From Octopus sinensis (lineage: Eukaryota): a DNA stretch of 64,000 bases. Both the position numbers and the translations under genes were made by a program. The stretch is from positions 80,910,001-80,974,000 of the forward strand of contig NC_043002.1 in assembly GCF_006345805.1 (NCBI RefSeq). Reading direction: 5' to 3'. Under the pieces are notes generated by a model. That model did no database searches. It was given only the letters and a program-made list of their open reading frames with translations, and was not told the DNA's origin. Each line of letters begins with the position of its first letter. Position 1 is the first letter of the stretch. Of the stretch, positions 1-12,962 are shown piece after piece.

Positions 1-853
1 TACATGTAGCGTACTGTCTTCGTGATTAATGCTTTTAATGTTACTTCTAGTTTTAATGGTTTTATTCGCGTTCTTTGTAGTTTTGTTTCCTTGTTATTTA
101 TTCTGTTCATTTTTTTTTTGCTTATTTATTACATATTTTTTCTTTTAATTGCTCTATTTCTGCCTCTTAAGTACTTGATTTTACGTTCTTTTTTATTTGT
201 TTCTGTTGTGTCTGGGGAGAGTGATTTTCTTTTTGTGCCTTATAATTTAACACACTCACCAGTAAAATTTCCACTTATTCCTTTATTTTCCTAAAATTTT
301 CGTTGCGTCTTGCAACCTTTTCAATAGTCTTGACTAATAGTTTGTTTTTTTTTTCTTTTTCATAGACAGAAGTAGGATCACACAAATGTAATACAGAGAG
401 ATTTATCAGTTAAGATTATCCCAAGAATTAATGGAAAAAAACTCCCACCAAGTGTTTGTCAAGAAGAAATGTAGATTTCATACTCGTTCCGAAACACATA
501 ACACTGGTTCCGAATTTTCGCACGAGGCCAGCAATTTTGAGGATGGGGCTAAATCGATTACATAGACTCTAATTCTCGATTGGCACTTATTGTATCGAGC
601 CCGAGAGAAGGAAAGGCAAAGTCCACTTCGGCTGAATTTCAACTCAGAACGTAAAGCATTTTTCCCCGACGAGGTAACGATTCTGCCTCTTCGCCGCCTG
701 AACTCATAAGATATTAGCTTTTCTTGTTTCGGTATTTACATCTAGACCTGGTATGTTTCTTCACAAATAACATATGTATTATTATGGTTGTCACCTTTTA
801 GTGGGACATTATCAATTAATATGCATGTAGTGTAAAAAAAAAAAAAAAAATGT

Positions 854-1362
854 GGAGGCGCAATGGCCCAGTGGTTAGGGCAGTGGACTCGCGGTCGTAG
901 GAATTGCGGTTTCGATTCCCAGACCGGGCATTGTGAGTGTTTATTGAGCGAAATCACCTAAAGCTCCACGAGGCTCTGGTAGGGGGTGGTGGTGAACCCT
1001 GCTGTACTCTTTCACCACAACTTTCTCTCACTCTTTCTTCCTGTTTCTGTTGTACCTGTGTTGCAAAGGGACCAGCCTTGTCACACTCTGTGTCACGCTG
1101 AATCTCGCCGAGAACTACGTTAAAGGTACACATGTCTGTGGAGTGCTCAGCCACTTGCATGTTAATAAATGAGTTCCGACGTCACTGGTGCCAAGCTGTA
1201 TCGGCCTTTGCCTTTCCCATGGGTAACCCTAGTGGCGTGGAGAGGGGAGGCTGGTATGCGTGGGCGACTGCTGGCCTTCCATAAACATCCTTGCCCAGAC
1301 TTGTGCCTCGGAGGGTAACTCTCTAGGTGCAATCCCATGGTCATTCATGACCGAAGGGGGTC
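854..1362 (+). mobile_element. tRNA-derived SINE, family C (long composite copy)
   Basis: Head GGAGGCGCAATGGCCCAGTGGTTAGGGCAG..GGTTTCGATTCCC has Pol III A/B-box-like motifs. Head shared with 57558-57759 and 60624-60877; tail shared with 29119-29415. Confidence 0.8.
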
Positions 1363-2440
1363 ACAACAGTGTAAAAAATATTTGTTCTACTCAGATTCTT
1401 TTATGATATGAGGTTTTGTTTAAGGCCTTAAATAGTAGAGTCGTTTTAATGAAGGTTTTATTTGGGTAACGATTAGATTGTTTCTAGCTTTTGTTTCATA
1501 TATAAGAATAGCGTTATTAGCACCGGGTTTCTCAAATGGGTCACCCTCTGACTTCCTTCTTTTATGAGATGAAAGTGATACGGATTTGTACGTGCAAATT
1601 AGACAACAGATTTAATATGGGATCTAGTTGGAAAGTACTAGTTTATCAGTTTCACATCGATGCATGAGTTTTTATATCGCTATACGAGGCTGAATGGCGT
1701 ATACACACATTCAGACACTCACATCTACTTCTGTGCATATACATATACTAGTTGTTTGCGTTAATACAAGAAGTAGCGACGAATTATTTTTCGTAAGGAT
1801 AAAGTTATCATACAAATAACACGAGTGAAAAGGAAACAAACAAGCAAAACAATATTACCTATTGAGAGACAAACGAAAGCACATACCTGAAAAGCGTAGA
1901 AATATAAATCGAAATGACAGCAAACAAAGTACTGTACAATGAAGCTTAATTCGCCAAAGAACGAAACTGGAATAGGAAAAAGATTTTGGATGCAAGAGAA
2001 AAGAAAAAATATATACGATACCAAATACTCGGGTAGATTGAAACCCACCATGTGATCAGAGATGAACTTGGCTATGGTGCGAGGTCGGGTTATCTTATTT
2101 CTTTTCTTGTTTTCTGTAGTTATATCACTTTTTAAACAAATTTGTTTTGACATAATCAAAACAATTCAAGGTGTGTAACATCTCTGCTTTTCCTCCACAT
2201 TTTTTTTTTTTAATAATTTTGTTACATTTACTCTACATAGTTGAAACACCTTCCTATATGTTTTATTTAATATACGAATTGACTTTAATGTCAATTGTTA
2301 TTGGTTTCAAATTCGATGGAGCGGGGAAGTGATTACATCTACTCCATTGCTCAACTGGCACTCATTTTATCCGTAAGGATGAAAAGCAAATTTGACCTCG
2401 GCCGAATTTGAATTTAGAATTTAAAGACAAACAATATACC

Positions 2441-2650
2441 TATTTCTTTACTACCCACAAGGGGCTAAACACAGCGGGAACAAACAAGGACAGACAAACG
2501 GATTAAGTCGGTTATATCGACTCCAGTGCGTAACTGGTACTTATTTAATGACCCCGAAAGGATGAAAGGCAAAATCGACCTCGGCGGAATTTGAACTCAG
2601 AACGTAACGGCAGACGAAATACGGCTAAGCATTTCGCCCGGTGTCTGACT
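2441..2650 (-). mobile_element. tRNA-derived SINE, family A
   Basis: Reverse complement of the family A sequence seen at 28014-28245 (B-box GAGTTCAAATTCC, GTCGAC core, tail ..GTGGGTAGTAAAGAAATA). Confidence 0.9.
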
Positions 2651-2699
2651 GCTCATCAGCAGTCTGTGTATTCGAATCACATTGCGTTCAGTTGTTATT

Positions 2700-2850
2700 T
2701 TCGTCCTCCTTACATTCTGAGTTCAAATTCCGCCGAAGTCAACTTTGCTTTTTATCGTTTCGAGGTCGATGAATAAGCACCACTCAAGTACTGAGATCGA
2801 CATACCCTCTCCCAACAAATTTCAGGCCTTGTGCCTATAGTAGAAATGAT
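2700..2850 (+). mobile_element. SINE family A, 5'-truncated, short-tail variant
   Basis: TTCTGAGTTCAAATTCCGCCGAAGTCAACTTTGC..GGCCTTGTGCCTATAGTAGAAA. Confidence 0.8.
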
Positions 2851-3401
2851 TGTTAGATTCGCAAAAATCATCTGAGTGTAGGACAAAATAATTGGCTATG
2901 TTTGTTTTCTTTTTACGTTCAAAGATCAAATTCCGCTGAGGTCGGCTTTGCTTTTCATTCTTTTGGGATCGATAAGATAAATACGAACGAAGAATCTATG
3001 TAAATCTTTGTCCCATGTAAACAAAAAGAAAAGAAAAAAAACACTGCTACTTTTACGACAAATACTTGTATAAACTTGTAGGAGAGCATGAGCGCAGGTT
3101 TTACTGAAATATATTACAGGTAGTTTTATTATTATTCTGGTGGTCCCCCCTGTCTTTCGCTGTGCAGAGATAATTTAATTAAACACCAGTAATATACATG
3201 TGTTGATCTATTTTTCCTATCCCGCCCCCGCACTCTTCCTACAATGAAACAATTTACAGAAATAGTAGAGCAACAGACCAATTTTCACGAAGTATACATA
3301 ACCTCTACTTTGTCCGCTTCTACTCTAATACTGCTTTTTAGTTGCTCTAATATACTTAAACATATGCCAAAAATGATGCAGTCAATATTATTATAGATAA
3401 G

Positions 3402-3696
3402 GGGCGGTGAGCTCACAGAATCGTTAGCAGTATTTCGTCTGTCTTTACGTTCTGATTTCAAATTCCGCCGAGGTCGAGTTTGCCTTGCATCCTTTCGAAG
3501 TCGATAAATTAAGTACCAGGTGCGTACTGGGGTCGATCTAATCACACTGGCACCCTCCCCAAAGATTTCGAGCCTTGTGCCTAGAGTAGAAAAGAATAAG
3601 TACTACTTACGCACTGGAGTCGATGTTATCGAATTAATTCATTTGTCTGTCCTTGCTTGTCCCCTGTGCTTAACCCCCTGTGGGCAATAAAGAAAT
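3402..3696 (+). mobile_element. SINE family A (with a second tail appended)
   Basis: GGCGGTGAGCTCACAGAATCGTTAGCA..TTCAAATTCCGCCGAGGTCGA..; two successive tail variants. Confidence 0.85.
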
Positions 3697-5692
3697 ATTA
3701 TTATAGATAATTTTATTGATTGACAACACACTTCTGCAGATTAATGTTTCTGATGTGATTTCAATTCACGTTTTATGTTACAGTTTTTTCGCCTGTTGTA
3801 CAGTTTACTTAAAGGCGGTTGCTATATGCTTATATTTCTTTGAGAGATCATAGAAGCAAAACTGAAAACGTATTCTTCGGCCACGTCACAATAAAAGCTA
3901 ATATATTTTATTATTTATATCTAGCGTTAGCATGACGGATTGGCACAGCTTTCAGAGCGTCGGACAAAATGCTTCGTATTTGTTTCGGGTTTATATAGTA
4001 AGTTCAAATACCAGCAATGTTCTATTTGCCTTTAATCCTGACAGGGTAGGTAAAATAAAGTACCACTCAAGTTTGATGGTATTGACTAGGGATCTTTTCA
4101 ATTCTGAAGCCAGTTTTTTCAAATTTTTCCTACTGAACCAAACAATTTGAAACTTCGTATACTGGTAGAATGTGTCAAAAGTAAACTTAATTGTAAACCA
4201 GAATGAAAACGGAATTGTAACTTCTAAGTTTAACGTTGTTTAATAATTAGAATTTTAACCAATGATATTCCGTCATTCGGCTTTATTTTATTTACTCCGT
4301 CTCGACCACCAATTTGGTGACGTATTAAACATCTTAAATGTAAACAAGCCGCATGTCTCCGTGAAATCTCCTTCTAATTATTTAACGTACTCATGTTTCC
4401 AGGATCCTATAGTCAGCCACCTTCTAATAACAATATTTAAAACTAGTTAATAAGCCACATGTATTAAATTGAAAATGTTTCCATTCTGTTAGTACTTGCT
4501 TTCGTTTGCTATTAAGAAGTGGCATCTCAGTGACGAGGCTTCTAACAAGATTTCGTTTCTAAGCTAATGCGTTTCATTTCACTTATTGTATTTATTTGTG
4601 CAAAAGGCAAGAATTTAATATTAAAAAAGCAAAGAGCTGGCAGAAACGTTAGCACGCCGGGCGAAATGCGTAGCCGTATTTCGTCTGCCGTTACGTTCTG
4701 TGTTTGTTTACAGTTTTCCGAACGTTAGTACGTCACAAAAGCGCTTTCTACGTCACACTAATAGAATGCAGTCAAGTTTTACACATGAAAACAAACAATC
4801 TGATTGGTTAAAATTCCCAGTTTTAATCTACGATTAAAGTCATAAAATAGATTTTTCTCAAATAAACTAGTTCCAACCTGTGTCTTGTTTTGCTAGACTC
4901 TATCAGCATACGAAGTTTCAGAATATTTAGTTAAGTAGAAAGATCTGTGGTCCTGGCTTCAGAATTGAAAAGATCCTTGACTAGCCCTTCTCCACCAAAT
5001 TTGTGACCTTGTACCTATGTTAGAAACAATTATCACTACTACTACAATTACTCCTACAGCTAATACTTCTAGTAATACTACAAATATTTCTACTCACTAT
5101 CGCCATCTTACTACCACTACTGGTGATTTTGCGGCTGTTGCCATATTTTGAAAAGATTGCCATTCAGAGGAAAAGTATGTGACCACCCTTGTCGATGAAC
5201 AGGAACGAATCGATTATTAAACAACAGTTCGGCCCAACAGCTTCAACAGTAGCACCTGTATTAGCTGCTCTCTAGCATTACTCTAAATAGCAGTGAGCAA
5301 ACGTTGTCACCTCATTAATTCATCTGCCGAGACACGCTCGGTTGATATCAAACTTCAGCTCCTATCCCAACAATTATTTTAATCTTTCTCCACAACCTTG
5401 TTATAGAAAAACAACCGCAATGATAAATGACCGTTACTCCCCTACAGATCAACGAGAATAGGGAATAGCTCCCCATTGGATTAAAAAAATGGAATGTCTT
5501 TTGTGCTTGTCGCTCACTTGACAAAAAACACATTCTTCTGTCGATTTGTATAGAGGGCACAAGTGTGGTCAGTCTACAAAAGCACATTGTTACGAACAAT
5601 ACGAGTGCTTTCTGTTCTGGATCTCTGTCATTGTACTTTACGCATGAAGAAACCAGCGGCAAAAGCATATCAAGACAAAATACTTGCACTCT

Positions 5693-5694
<2 letters not shown>

Positions 5695-5728
<34 letters not shown>

Positions 5729-5804
5729 TGTGTATGTATGTATGTATGTATGTGTGTGTGTATGTATGTATGCATGTATGCATGCATGCGTGTATGAGTG
5801 TGTG

Positions 5805-5864
<60 letters not shown>

Positions 5865-5949
5865 ATAAATATTAGGGAATAAATCCAAAATTACAGGGAA
5901 AAAATCAGATTTAGGATTAAATCCAATTTTATAGTGGTTTTGTCTCTAA

Positions 5950-5996
<47 letters not shown>

Positions 5997-6091
5997 CAAT
6001 GTACGTGGGCATCTATATATAATGTACATGTGTGTATATATATATAATGTACGTGTGTGTATCTATATATATATATATATGTACGTGTGTA

Positions 6092-6152
<61 letters not shown>

Positions 6153-6330
6153 TGTGTGTGTGTAGTATTTATATGTGCGTGTGTGTGTGTGTATGTATGT
6201 ATATGTGCGTATGTGTTTATGTGTGTGTATATATATATATATATATGTACATGTGTATATATATATATATGCATGTGTATGTGTGTTTGTGCTTATATAT
6301 ATATATATAAAGTGTGTGTGTGTGTGTGTA
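5695..6330. repeat. Compound microsatellite (TG)n/(TATG)n/(TC)n/(TA)n
   Basis: Directly visible; source of the spurious poly-CV/YI ORFs. Confidence 0.98.
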
Positions 6331-6350
6331 TTCCTTTATTCTTTTTTTAT

Positions 6351-6481
6351 TCTTTTACTTGTTTTAGTCATTTGACTGCGGTCACGCTGGAGCACCGCCT
6401 TTAGTCTAGTAAATCGACCAGACACCTTATTCTTTGTAAACCTAGTACTTATTCTATCATTTGGAAAGCGATGGTGATAGG

Positions 6482-6519
<38 letters not shown>

Positions 6520-6610
6520 TATATATATATACGACGGGATTCTTTCAGTTTCTGTCTACCAAATCCACTCATAAGGTTTTGGTCGGTTCAAGGCTATAGT
6601 AGAAGACACT
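6351..6610 (-). mobile_element. SINE family B, 3' part (split by hAT insertion)
   Basis: Matches intact copies at 16948-17347 and 41331-41747 up to GTAGAAGACACT; the rest resumes at 12296. Confidence 0.9.
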
Positions 6611-7499
6611 CAAGGGCCCGGGAACAGGGGGGGCAGCAGGTGCACCTGCACTCTTTGGAATTTTCAGGTGGTGCAAGATCAAAATTTGCACCCCCCTACA
6701 TAATTTTACCAGTTTCCGAAAATAGTGTCTAAAAAATTATCTGTATAAGATGCTTGAAGCTAGATTTCGTTTCAAAGCAAAAACAAAGAACAAAAATAAA
6801 TAAATAAAAGTGATGAAGCTGGGCTTAAAATTCCTAAGGGAATTTATGACTAACCAACTTCTGAAGCAAAGTAGCATCAAAATAAAAAGTATGTGACAAC
6901 AACAACAGTAGCACCAAACAACAAGAACAACAATATGACCAGCATCTACGGCTACTCTTCAATACATAGCATTACTTGGATTCTTGAAGACAGCTCTATT
7001 CTGACAAAAATAACTCCAAAATCTTGCAATGCTGAAAATGTGTGAAGGTTCTTGTCCTCTCTCAGTCTGTCACCTCTCTCAAGTTCTTTGTAGTTGATGT
7101 TGCTAAAGACTGACGACATGGTTGAATGGATTCGACTGTTTCACCTCAGCCTAAAAATAAAAGCCCTTTAAAAGTTCTTTCAGTCATATCGGTTTTCTCA
7201 TTTAGGTTGTTAGGTCTAAAGTTTGACAAGAGAACAAAATGATTTATTTTTATCTTTGATATTTAATGCTCATTGTTAAATGCTTTGATACGTATTGCTC
7301 ATTCGAAATACTAGTCCAGTTTAATAAAAGAAAAAAAGATTTTGAAAGGAAACATTTAACTATAAATGATTGCAGACCAACCCTGAAATTACCTAATTTG
7401 CAAAGAAATTTGCAAAGAACAATTTCAGACTAATTTATATAAAAAGGAAATGATATTAAAAGCATTAGCTACCGTCATCCTGACGCGGTTAATCACGAA

Positions 7500-8915
7500 G
7501 ATCACTTCAGAGGTGCTTTTTTTACTCACAAGTCTAACCTTAGCTGAGGCCAGCACACAGGCGAATATGCTTTTAACAGGGGTCTTTAATTTTACTAATC
7601 TTAGCTGGTCCGAGAATTATATCCAGCCTGGAACCAAGCAACTGATGTGGAGGGATATGAATACTTTCCTCGATACAACAAAAGACTTTCCCATACAACA
7701 AATTATTACCTGTCCAATTAGGGGAAAACAGCATACTCGACTTTGTTTTTATTCTCAATGTTCATGTCATTCCCACAGCTATTTCCAACCAAAGCATTAT
7801 ACAATTATCTGTATATGGTACAAAGAAATATCCGACTAGCAGCATGGATTTCTACCCTGAAGATCTTGCCTAACAAATCTTCTCCTTCTTGAAGAATGGA
7901 TTACAAGGACCATGGATGCAAAAGAGTTGGTGGGCGTGGTATTTTTGGACTTCGCAAAGGCATTTGACTCCGTTAATCACTGACTTATCTTGCGCAAACT
8001 TCGAGCATTCAAGATTCATCCATTGTTGACTTTGTGGATTTCTTCCTTCCTGAGCTATCGCACCTTTTGGGTGCAGATAAATGGAGATCTCTCAGCGGAG
8101 ACGAATGCATGCAACGGCGTTCCCCAGGGGTCGGTGCTGGGGCAAATACTTTTCCTTCTCTATATCAACGACCTGTCAGATTTTCTTGATGGAAGAGTTC
8201 TCCTATTTGCAGACGACGTCAAACTCGTCTCACCTGGGAATCAATACGACATACCCCAATTGTCGCTGAACCGAGCTTGGAATTGGGCGGAAGAATGGAA
8301 TCTGAACTTGAACGCCACAAAATGCAGCCATTTGCCAATAGGTTCACCTCCAAACTCTCCCTTGACTATTGGCCACAAACATCAACATCTTAAGATGGTC
8401 ACTGAAGAAAAGGATCTCAGCATAATGATCGATACTACTTTCAAACTGCCACGGCAGGGTATCGAGGCGGCGAACAAAGCCAGAAGGAATCTTTTCCTCA
8501 TCCAACGATCCTTTGCTAACCTTTCAATGGACGTCTTTTGGCCTGTATATATCACTCTAGTTCGACCCATCCTCGAATATTACATCCATACCTCAAACCC
8601 ATATCTCCAGAAAGACATTCAGCACCTGGAATGGGTTCAGCACGTGGCTACCCGAATGGGCGCGGGCTTGTCTAAGCTTGCGTAAGAGGAACATCTCCGA
8701 CGGCTGGTATTGCCTTCACTCAAACGACGGAGGATGCAGGGAGATCTCATCCGACTTTCAACATATTCAACGGACATGTAAGCCTACCATTTGCGGAGAT
8801 TTTCACCCCTGCGCCGGATAGAGGTCTGCGTGGGCATGATCGCAAACTCTATCCCCGACACTTTCGTTTCAACAGGCGGAAGGCCGCATTCTCTGTCCGT
8901 ATCGCAGCCCCGTGC
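7500..8915 (+). mobile_element. CR1-group LINE fragment (APE endonuclease remnant + RT)
   Basis: LLTGVFNFTNLSW..QQIITCPIRG (GDFN/PTRG-like endonuclease end). After a deletion come QHGFLP-RSCLTNLL, FLDFAKAFDSVNH, GVPQGSVLG and LFADDVKL (ORF 7990-8685); stops and frameshifts present. Confidence 0.93.
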
Positions 8916-8959
8916 ATAATCCAAGCGAATTCTTTGATCCCACAACTCAAGTGCAGAGA

Positions 8960-10008
8960 CACAACTTAAAATTAATATCATGGAAGTTGATATACTTGCG
9001 GCTATTAATGATTTAGGCCCAAACTCAGCATCTGTACCAAATAGTATTCCGGTTATATTGCTAAAAACATGCAAAAAACACCTCATGAAGTCATTAAAGG
9101 TACTGTTTCAAAAGTCGTCAGATACCGCCATATTCCCGAGACTATTGAAAGAAGCTATAATAAAACCTATATAGGTACAAGGGAGGTAGCAGTGCTGAAG
9201 CTAAAAATTACAGACCTGTTTCCCTCACGTCTTACACGTCTAAAATTATCCAATGCCTTGTCCGAAGACAAAAAGTAATAACATACCTGGAGGAAAACAA
9301 CTTAGATGACACTCGGTATAGGTTTCGGACTGAACGAAGTTGCCTGTCACAATTCTTACATCATCATAACACTACCTCTAATAATCTCTTAAGGGGAAAT
9401 ATCATTGACTGTTAAAACCTTGATATTGTTAAGGCGTTTGACAAGACTGATCATGGAATCATCTGTCATAATTTAGGAAATCTTGGTATCACAGGAAAAG
9501 TCGGAGAATGGTTCTTTAACTCTCTATATGGTAGGAGTCAACCTATTACTGCAAATGGATTTCTCTCTAAGATACCTGTAATACGTCGTATACATCAGGG
9601 AATGACTTACACAAGAATATCGATGGCTTGGATCTAAACAAGAAAAAATACGAAAATTAGTACATCAAAGTTTCAGCTTCTTCATTACAAACGAAATCGC
9701 AATATTTGAGACAAGGTAACATAATGATTCAGAGCACTAATGACATACAGGACTTAGATGTAATCATGTCAAATTATGCATTTTCTATCAGACATATTAT
9801 CAAAGTAACCTTTAAATGCAACAAACTCATAGGCTGCATCCTACGAACATTCATGACAAGGGAACCGGTAGTTAGTTTTATTTTCAGGGAAAACCCTAGT
9901 TCAGAGCAGTATAAATTACTGCTTAAATTTTAATATTCATACTCATCCAGTCTCACAGAAGAAATTGAAAGGTTACAAGGAATGTTCACTGGTAAAATAA
10001 CTTCAGTT
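8960..10008 (+). mobile_element. Older CR1-group LINE fragment related to the 61-64 kb element
   Basis: EVDILAAINDLGPNSASVPNSIPVILLKTCK aligns with EDDIIKAIDEMKTDSATGPDVFPVILIKVCK of the 62 kb ORF; also KAFDKTDHGIICHNL..GKVGEW. Heavily decayed. Confidence 0.88.
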
Positions 10009-10009
10009 A

Positions 10010-11564
10010 AATTTTCTAACTTCCTCGAAAAGTTTCTGGAAAGTTCCGAGGACTTTCTAACACCCAGGAAATTTGATCGAAAACTTCCTGGGAAGTTCCG
10101 AGGCTTTTCTTACTTCCGCGATATTTGGTCGAAAATTTCCTGGGATGTTCAGAGGATTTCTAGCTTCCGGCATATTGCGTAAAAAATTTCCTGGAAAGCT
10201 CCGGGGATTTTCCAACTTCCGGGAAATTTGGTCGAATATTCTTGGAAAGTTCCGAGGATTTTCTAACATCCGGGGAATTTGGTCGAAAACTTCTTGGAAA
10301 TTTCTAGGATGTTCTAACTTCCGGAAAATTTGGTCAAAAATTTCCTGGGAAGTTCCGAGGATTTTCTAACTTCCGGGAAGTTTCGTCGAAAATTTCCCGG
10401 GAAGTTCCGATGATTTTCTAACTTCGAGAAGCTTGATCGAAACCTTCCTGTGAAGTTCCAAAATATTTCTAATTTCGTCGGAAAAGTTCCTGGGAAGATC
10501 AGAGGATTTTCTAACTTCCGTGAAATTTGTTCGAACCTTCATGGGAAGTACCGAGGATTTTCTGACTTCGGGGAAGTTTCGTCAAAAACTTCCTGGGAAG
10601 TTCCAAGTATTTTATAATTTTCGGGAAGTTTCGTCGAAAACTTCCTTGGATGTTCCAAGGATTTCCAGACTTTCGGGAAGTTTCGTCGAGAACTTCCTTG
10701 GATGTTCCAAGGATTTCCAGACTTCGGGAAGTTTCGTCGAAAACTATCTGGGAAGTTCCGAGGATTTTCTAACTTCCGGGGAAATTGGTCGAAAATTTCC
10801 TGGGAAGTTCCGAGGATTTTCTAACTTCCTGACTTTGAGGAAATTTCGCCGAAAACTTCCTTGGAAGTTCCGAGGATTTTCTGACTTCGGGGAAGGATTT
10901 TCTAATTTCCTGGAATTTTCGTCGAAAATTTACTGGGAAGTTCCGATGGTTTTCTAACTTCCGGGAACATTCGTCGAAAACTTCCTGGGAAGTTCCGAGG
11001 ATTTTCTAAATTCCTGGAAGTTTCGTCGGAAATTTCCTGGGATTTTCCGAGGATTTTCTGACTTCTGGGAAGTTTCGTCGAAACTTCATGGGAAGTTCCA
11101 AGGATTTCTTATTTCCGGGAAATTTCGTCGAAAACTTCGTTGGAAGTTCCGAGGGTTTTCTAACTTCCGGGAAATTTGGTTGAAATTTTCCTGGAATGTT
11201 CTGAGGGTTTTCTAACTTCGGTATATTTGGTCGGAAATTTTCAGAAAAAGTTCCGAGGATTTTCTAACTTCGGGGATATTTGGTCGGAAGTTTTCAGGAA
11301 AGTTCCAAGGATTTTCTAACTTACTGGATATTTGTTTGAAAACTTCATGTAAAGTTCTGAGGATTTTCTAAATTCCGGGAAACTTGTTCGAAAACTTCCT
11401 GTGAGGTTCCGAGAATTTTCTAACTTCAGGGATATATGGTCGAAAACTTCCTGTGAAGTTTCGAGGATTCTCTAACTACCGGGGTATTTAGTCGATAACT
11501 TCCTGGAAAGTTCCGGGGATTTTCTAACTTCCGGGAAATTTTGTCGAAAACTTCCTGGAAAGTT
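10010..11564. repeat. Tandem satellite, ~52-bp unit, ~30 diverged copies
   Basis: Consensus by eye GGGAAGTTCCGAGGATTTTCTAACTTCCGGGAAATTT(G/C)GTCGAAAACTTCCT; two AACTTCC/GGAAGTT-type dyads per unit. Confidence 0.97.
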
Positions 11565-11567
11565 TAG

Positions 11568-11925
11568 TGTTGAAATATGCAGATGATTACAAGCTGCACC
11601 TTGAAATAAAAAGAACCTTTACAATCCTGAATCAGATCTGGATACACTGCAGAACTGGATCTCTGACTGGCAACTCAAGCTCTCTGTAGACAAGTGTGTC
11701 ACCATGCAATTTGGGAGGAAAAATCCAGCTTTTACATAATCCCTCACCGACACCAATCTCAAAAAGTCTTCTGGTGGACATGCTCTGGGTATTATTGTAA
11801 ACAACAATCTGCATTGGACAAACCACATATCTAAGAATGTCAAAAAGGCTGAGGTGGTGCTAGCATCACTCAGTAGGACCTTTGTCAGCCACTCTCCAGT
11901 TATCTATTTAAAATTGTATACAACA
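11568..11925 (+). mobile_element. Third CR1-like RT fragment
   Basis: LKYADDYKL..DLDTLQNWISDWQLKLSVDKC..LGIIVNNNLHWTNHI, the post-YADD region of CR1-type RT. Confidence 0.85.
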
Positions 11926-12295
11926 TCCGTTTCCCAACATAGAAAAACACTCAGCTGAGCACCAGTATCACTATGATGAGAACATCTTATCTGTTGCTGA
12001 TGACCATTTTGATCAAGAGAAAAGCTTCTTCACCTGTGCGACCCAAGCACTGCAACTACTAATGGAAGTGTGTGGACAGTAAGAGGAACTATGTTAGAAA
12101 ATGAACTTCATTTGGTCACATTCCATTGAGAGTGTCATGCTCAGATTATGAACATTTCAGCCGACCCTCATAATAATAAAAATTATTATACCTGCATTTG
12201 TTTTAATGTTAACATTGGAAAAATCCACATTTTTCATTAAAAAAATTAGGACCTGGGTTTGCACCCCCTTAGTAAATTTTGTTGCTGGGCCACTG

Positions 12296-12388
12296 AAGAC
12301 ATTTGCCCAAGGTGCCATGCAGTGGGACTGAACCTGGAACCATGGAGTTGGAGAGCAAACTTCTTACCACACAGCCACTCCTGCGTCT
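12296..12388 (-). mobile_element. SINE family B, 5' head (continuation of 6351-6610)
   Basis: AAGACATTTGCCCAAGGTGCCATGCAGTGGGACTGAACC..CACAGCCACTCCTGCG continues the consensus exactly where the left part stops. Confidence 0.9.
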
Positions 12389-12627
12389 ATATTTGTATGT
12401 GTATGTATGTGTGTATGTATATATATATGTATGTACATGTGTGTATGTATATAAATGTATGTGCGTGTGTGTATGTATGTATGTGTTTGTATATGTATGT
12501 ATACAGACACATATGAACGTATGTGTGCGTGCATGCAGAGGTATGCATTTGTGTATGTAGACTTGTGTGTGTGTTTGTGTATGTTTAATTGCCTGAACAC
12601 AGTACCTTCCTGTACCTTCATTGATTT

Positions 12628-12832
12628 AACTTGATTATATTAGGATGTACACATGAATGAAGGTGGAGACCCATTAGAAGATAGGGTGTGTAGCTGTCGT
12701 TCTAATCACTGGGTGGCCAGAGCTATTAAAATAAGCTAAGCTTTACGAACCTCTTATACATAATTCATACAAAAATACGTATAAACATATATATGTATAA
12801 TTATCTGTTTGCACACACACAGCGAGACAGAT
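12628..12832. repeat. ~205-bp unclassified repeat, copy 1
   Basis: About 6 substitutions and one 6-bp indel relative to 14763-14961. Confidence 0.9.
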
Positions 12833-12891
12833 AAAGTTAATTGATTTATCATTGTTCATTAAATCTATATTTCAGTGTGTGTATGTGTGTA

Positions 12892-12962
<71 letters not shown>

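Larger units (their letters stand above)
6611..12295. mobile_element. hAT-like DNA transposon relic carrying nested LINE fragments and a satellite
   Basis: 8-bp TSD AAGACACT (6603-6610) / AAGACATT (12296-12303). Imperfect 15-bp TIR CAAGGGCCCGGGAAC vs CAGTGGCCCAGCAAC (11/15). Subterminal TTTGCACCCCC near both ends. Interrupts one SINE. No convincing transposase ORF remains. Confidence 0.7.

Noticed and set aside
854-930. tRNA genes at SINE heads (also 57690-57759, 60624-60685)
   Set aside because: They have A/B boxes but no complete cloverleaf or acceptor stem, and each continues into a SINE body.
5150-5690. Cys-rich coding-like island, faintly like a piggyBac C-terminal cysteine-rich domain (ECLLC..LDKK..FC..HKC..H)
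   Set aside because: Needs several frameshifts and read-through of stops, and no TTAA/TIR was found; not supportable without BLASTX.
5563-6404. Many 60-280 aa ORFs rich in CV/YI/HT (also 17584-18464, 42113-42950, 46190-47426, 54527-55166)
   Set aside because: Translations of dinucleotide and tetranucleotide microsatellites.
10057-10957. ORFs of 66-145 aa within the 52-bp satellite
   Set aside because: 52 is not a multiple of 3, frames shift between units, and the peptides are repeat artefacts.
10010-11564. CRISPR-like array (palindromic repeats next to RT genes)
   Set aside because: The intervening segments are themselves repeated rather than unique spacers, there are no cas genes, and the context is eukaryotic; it is a satellite.
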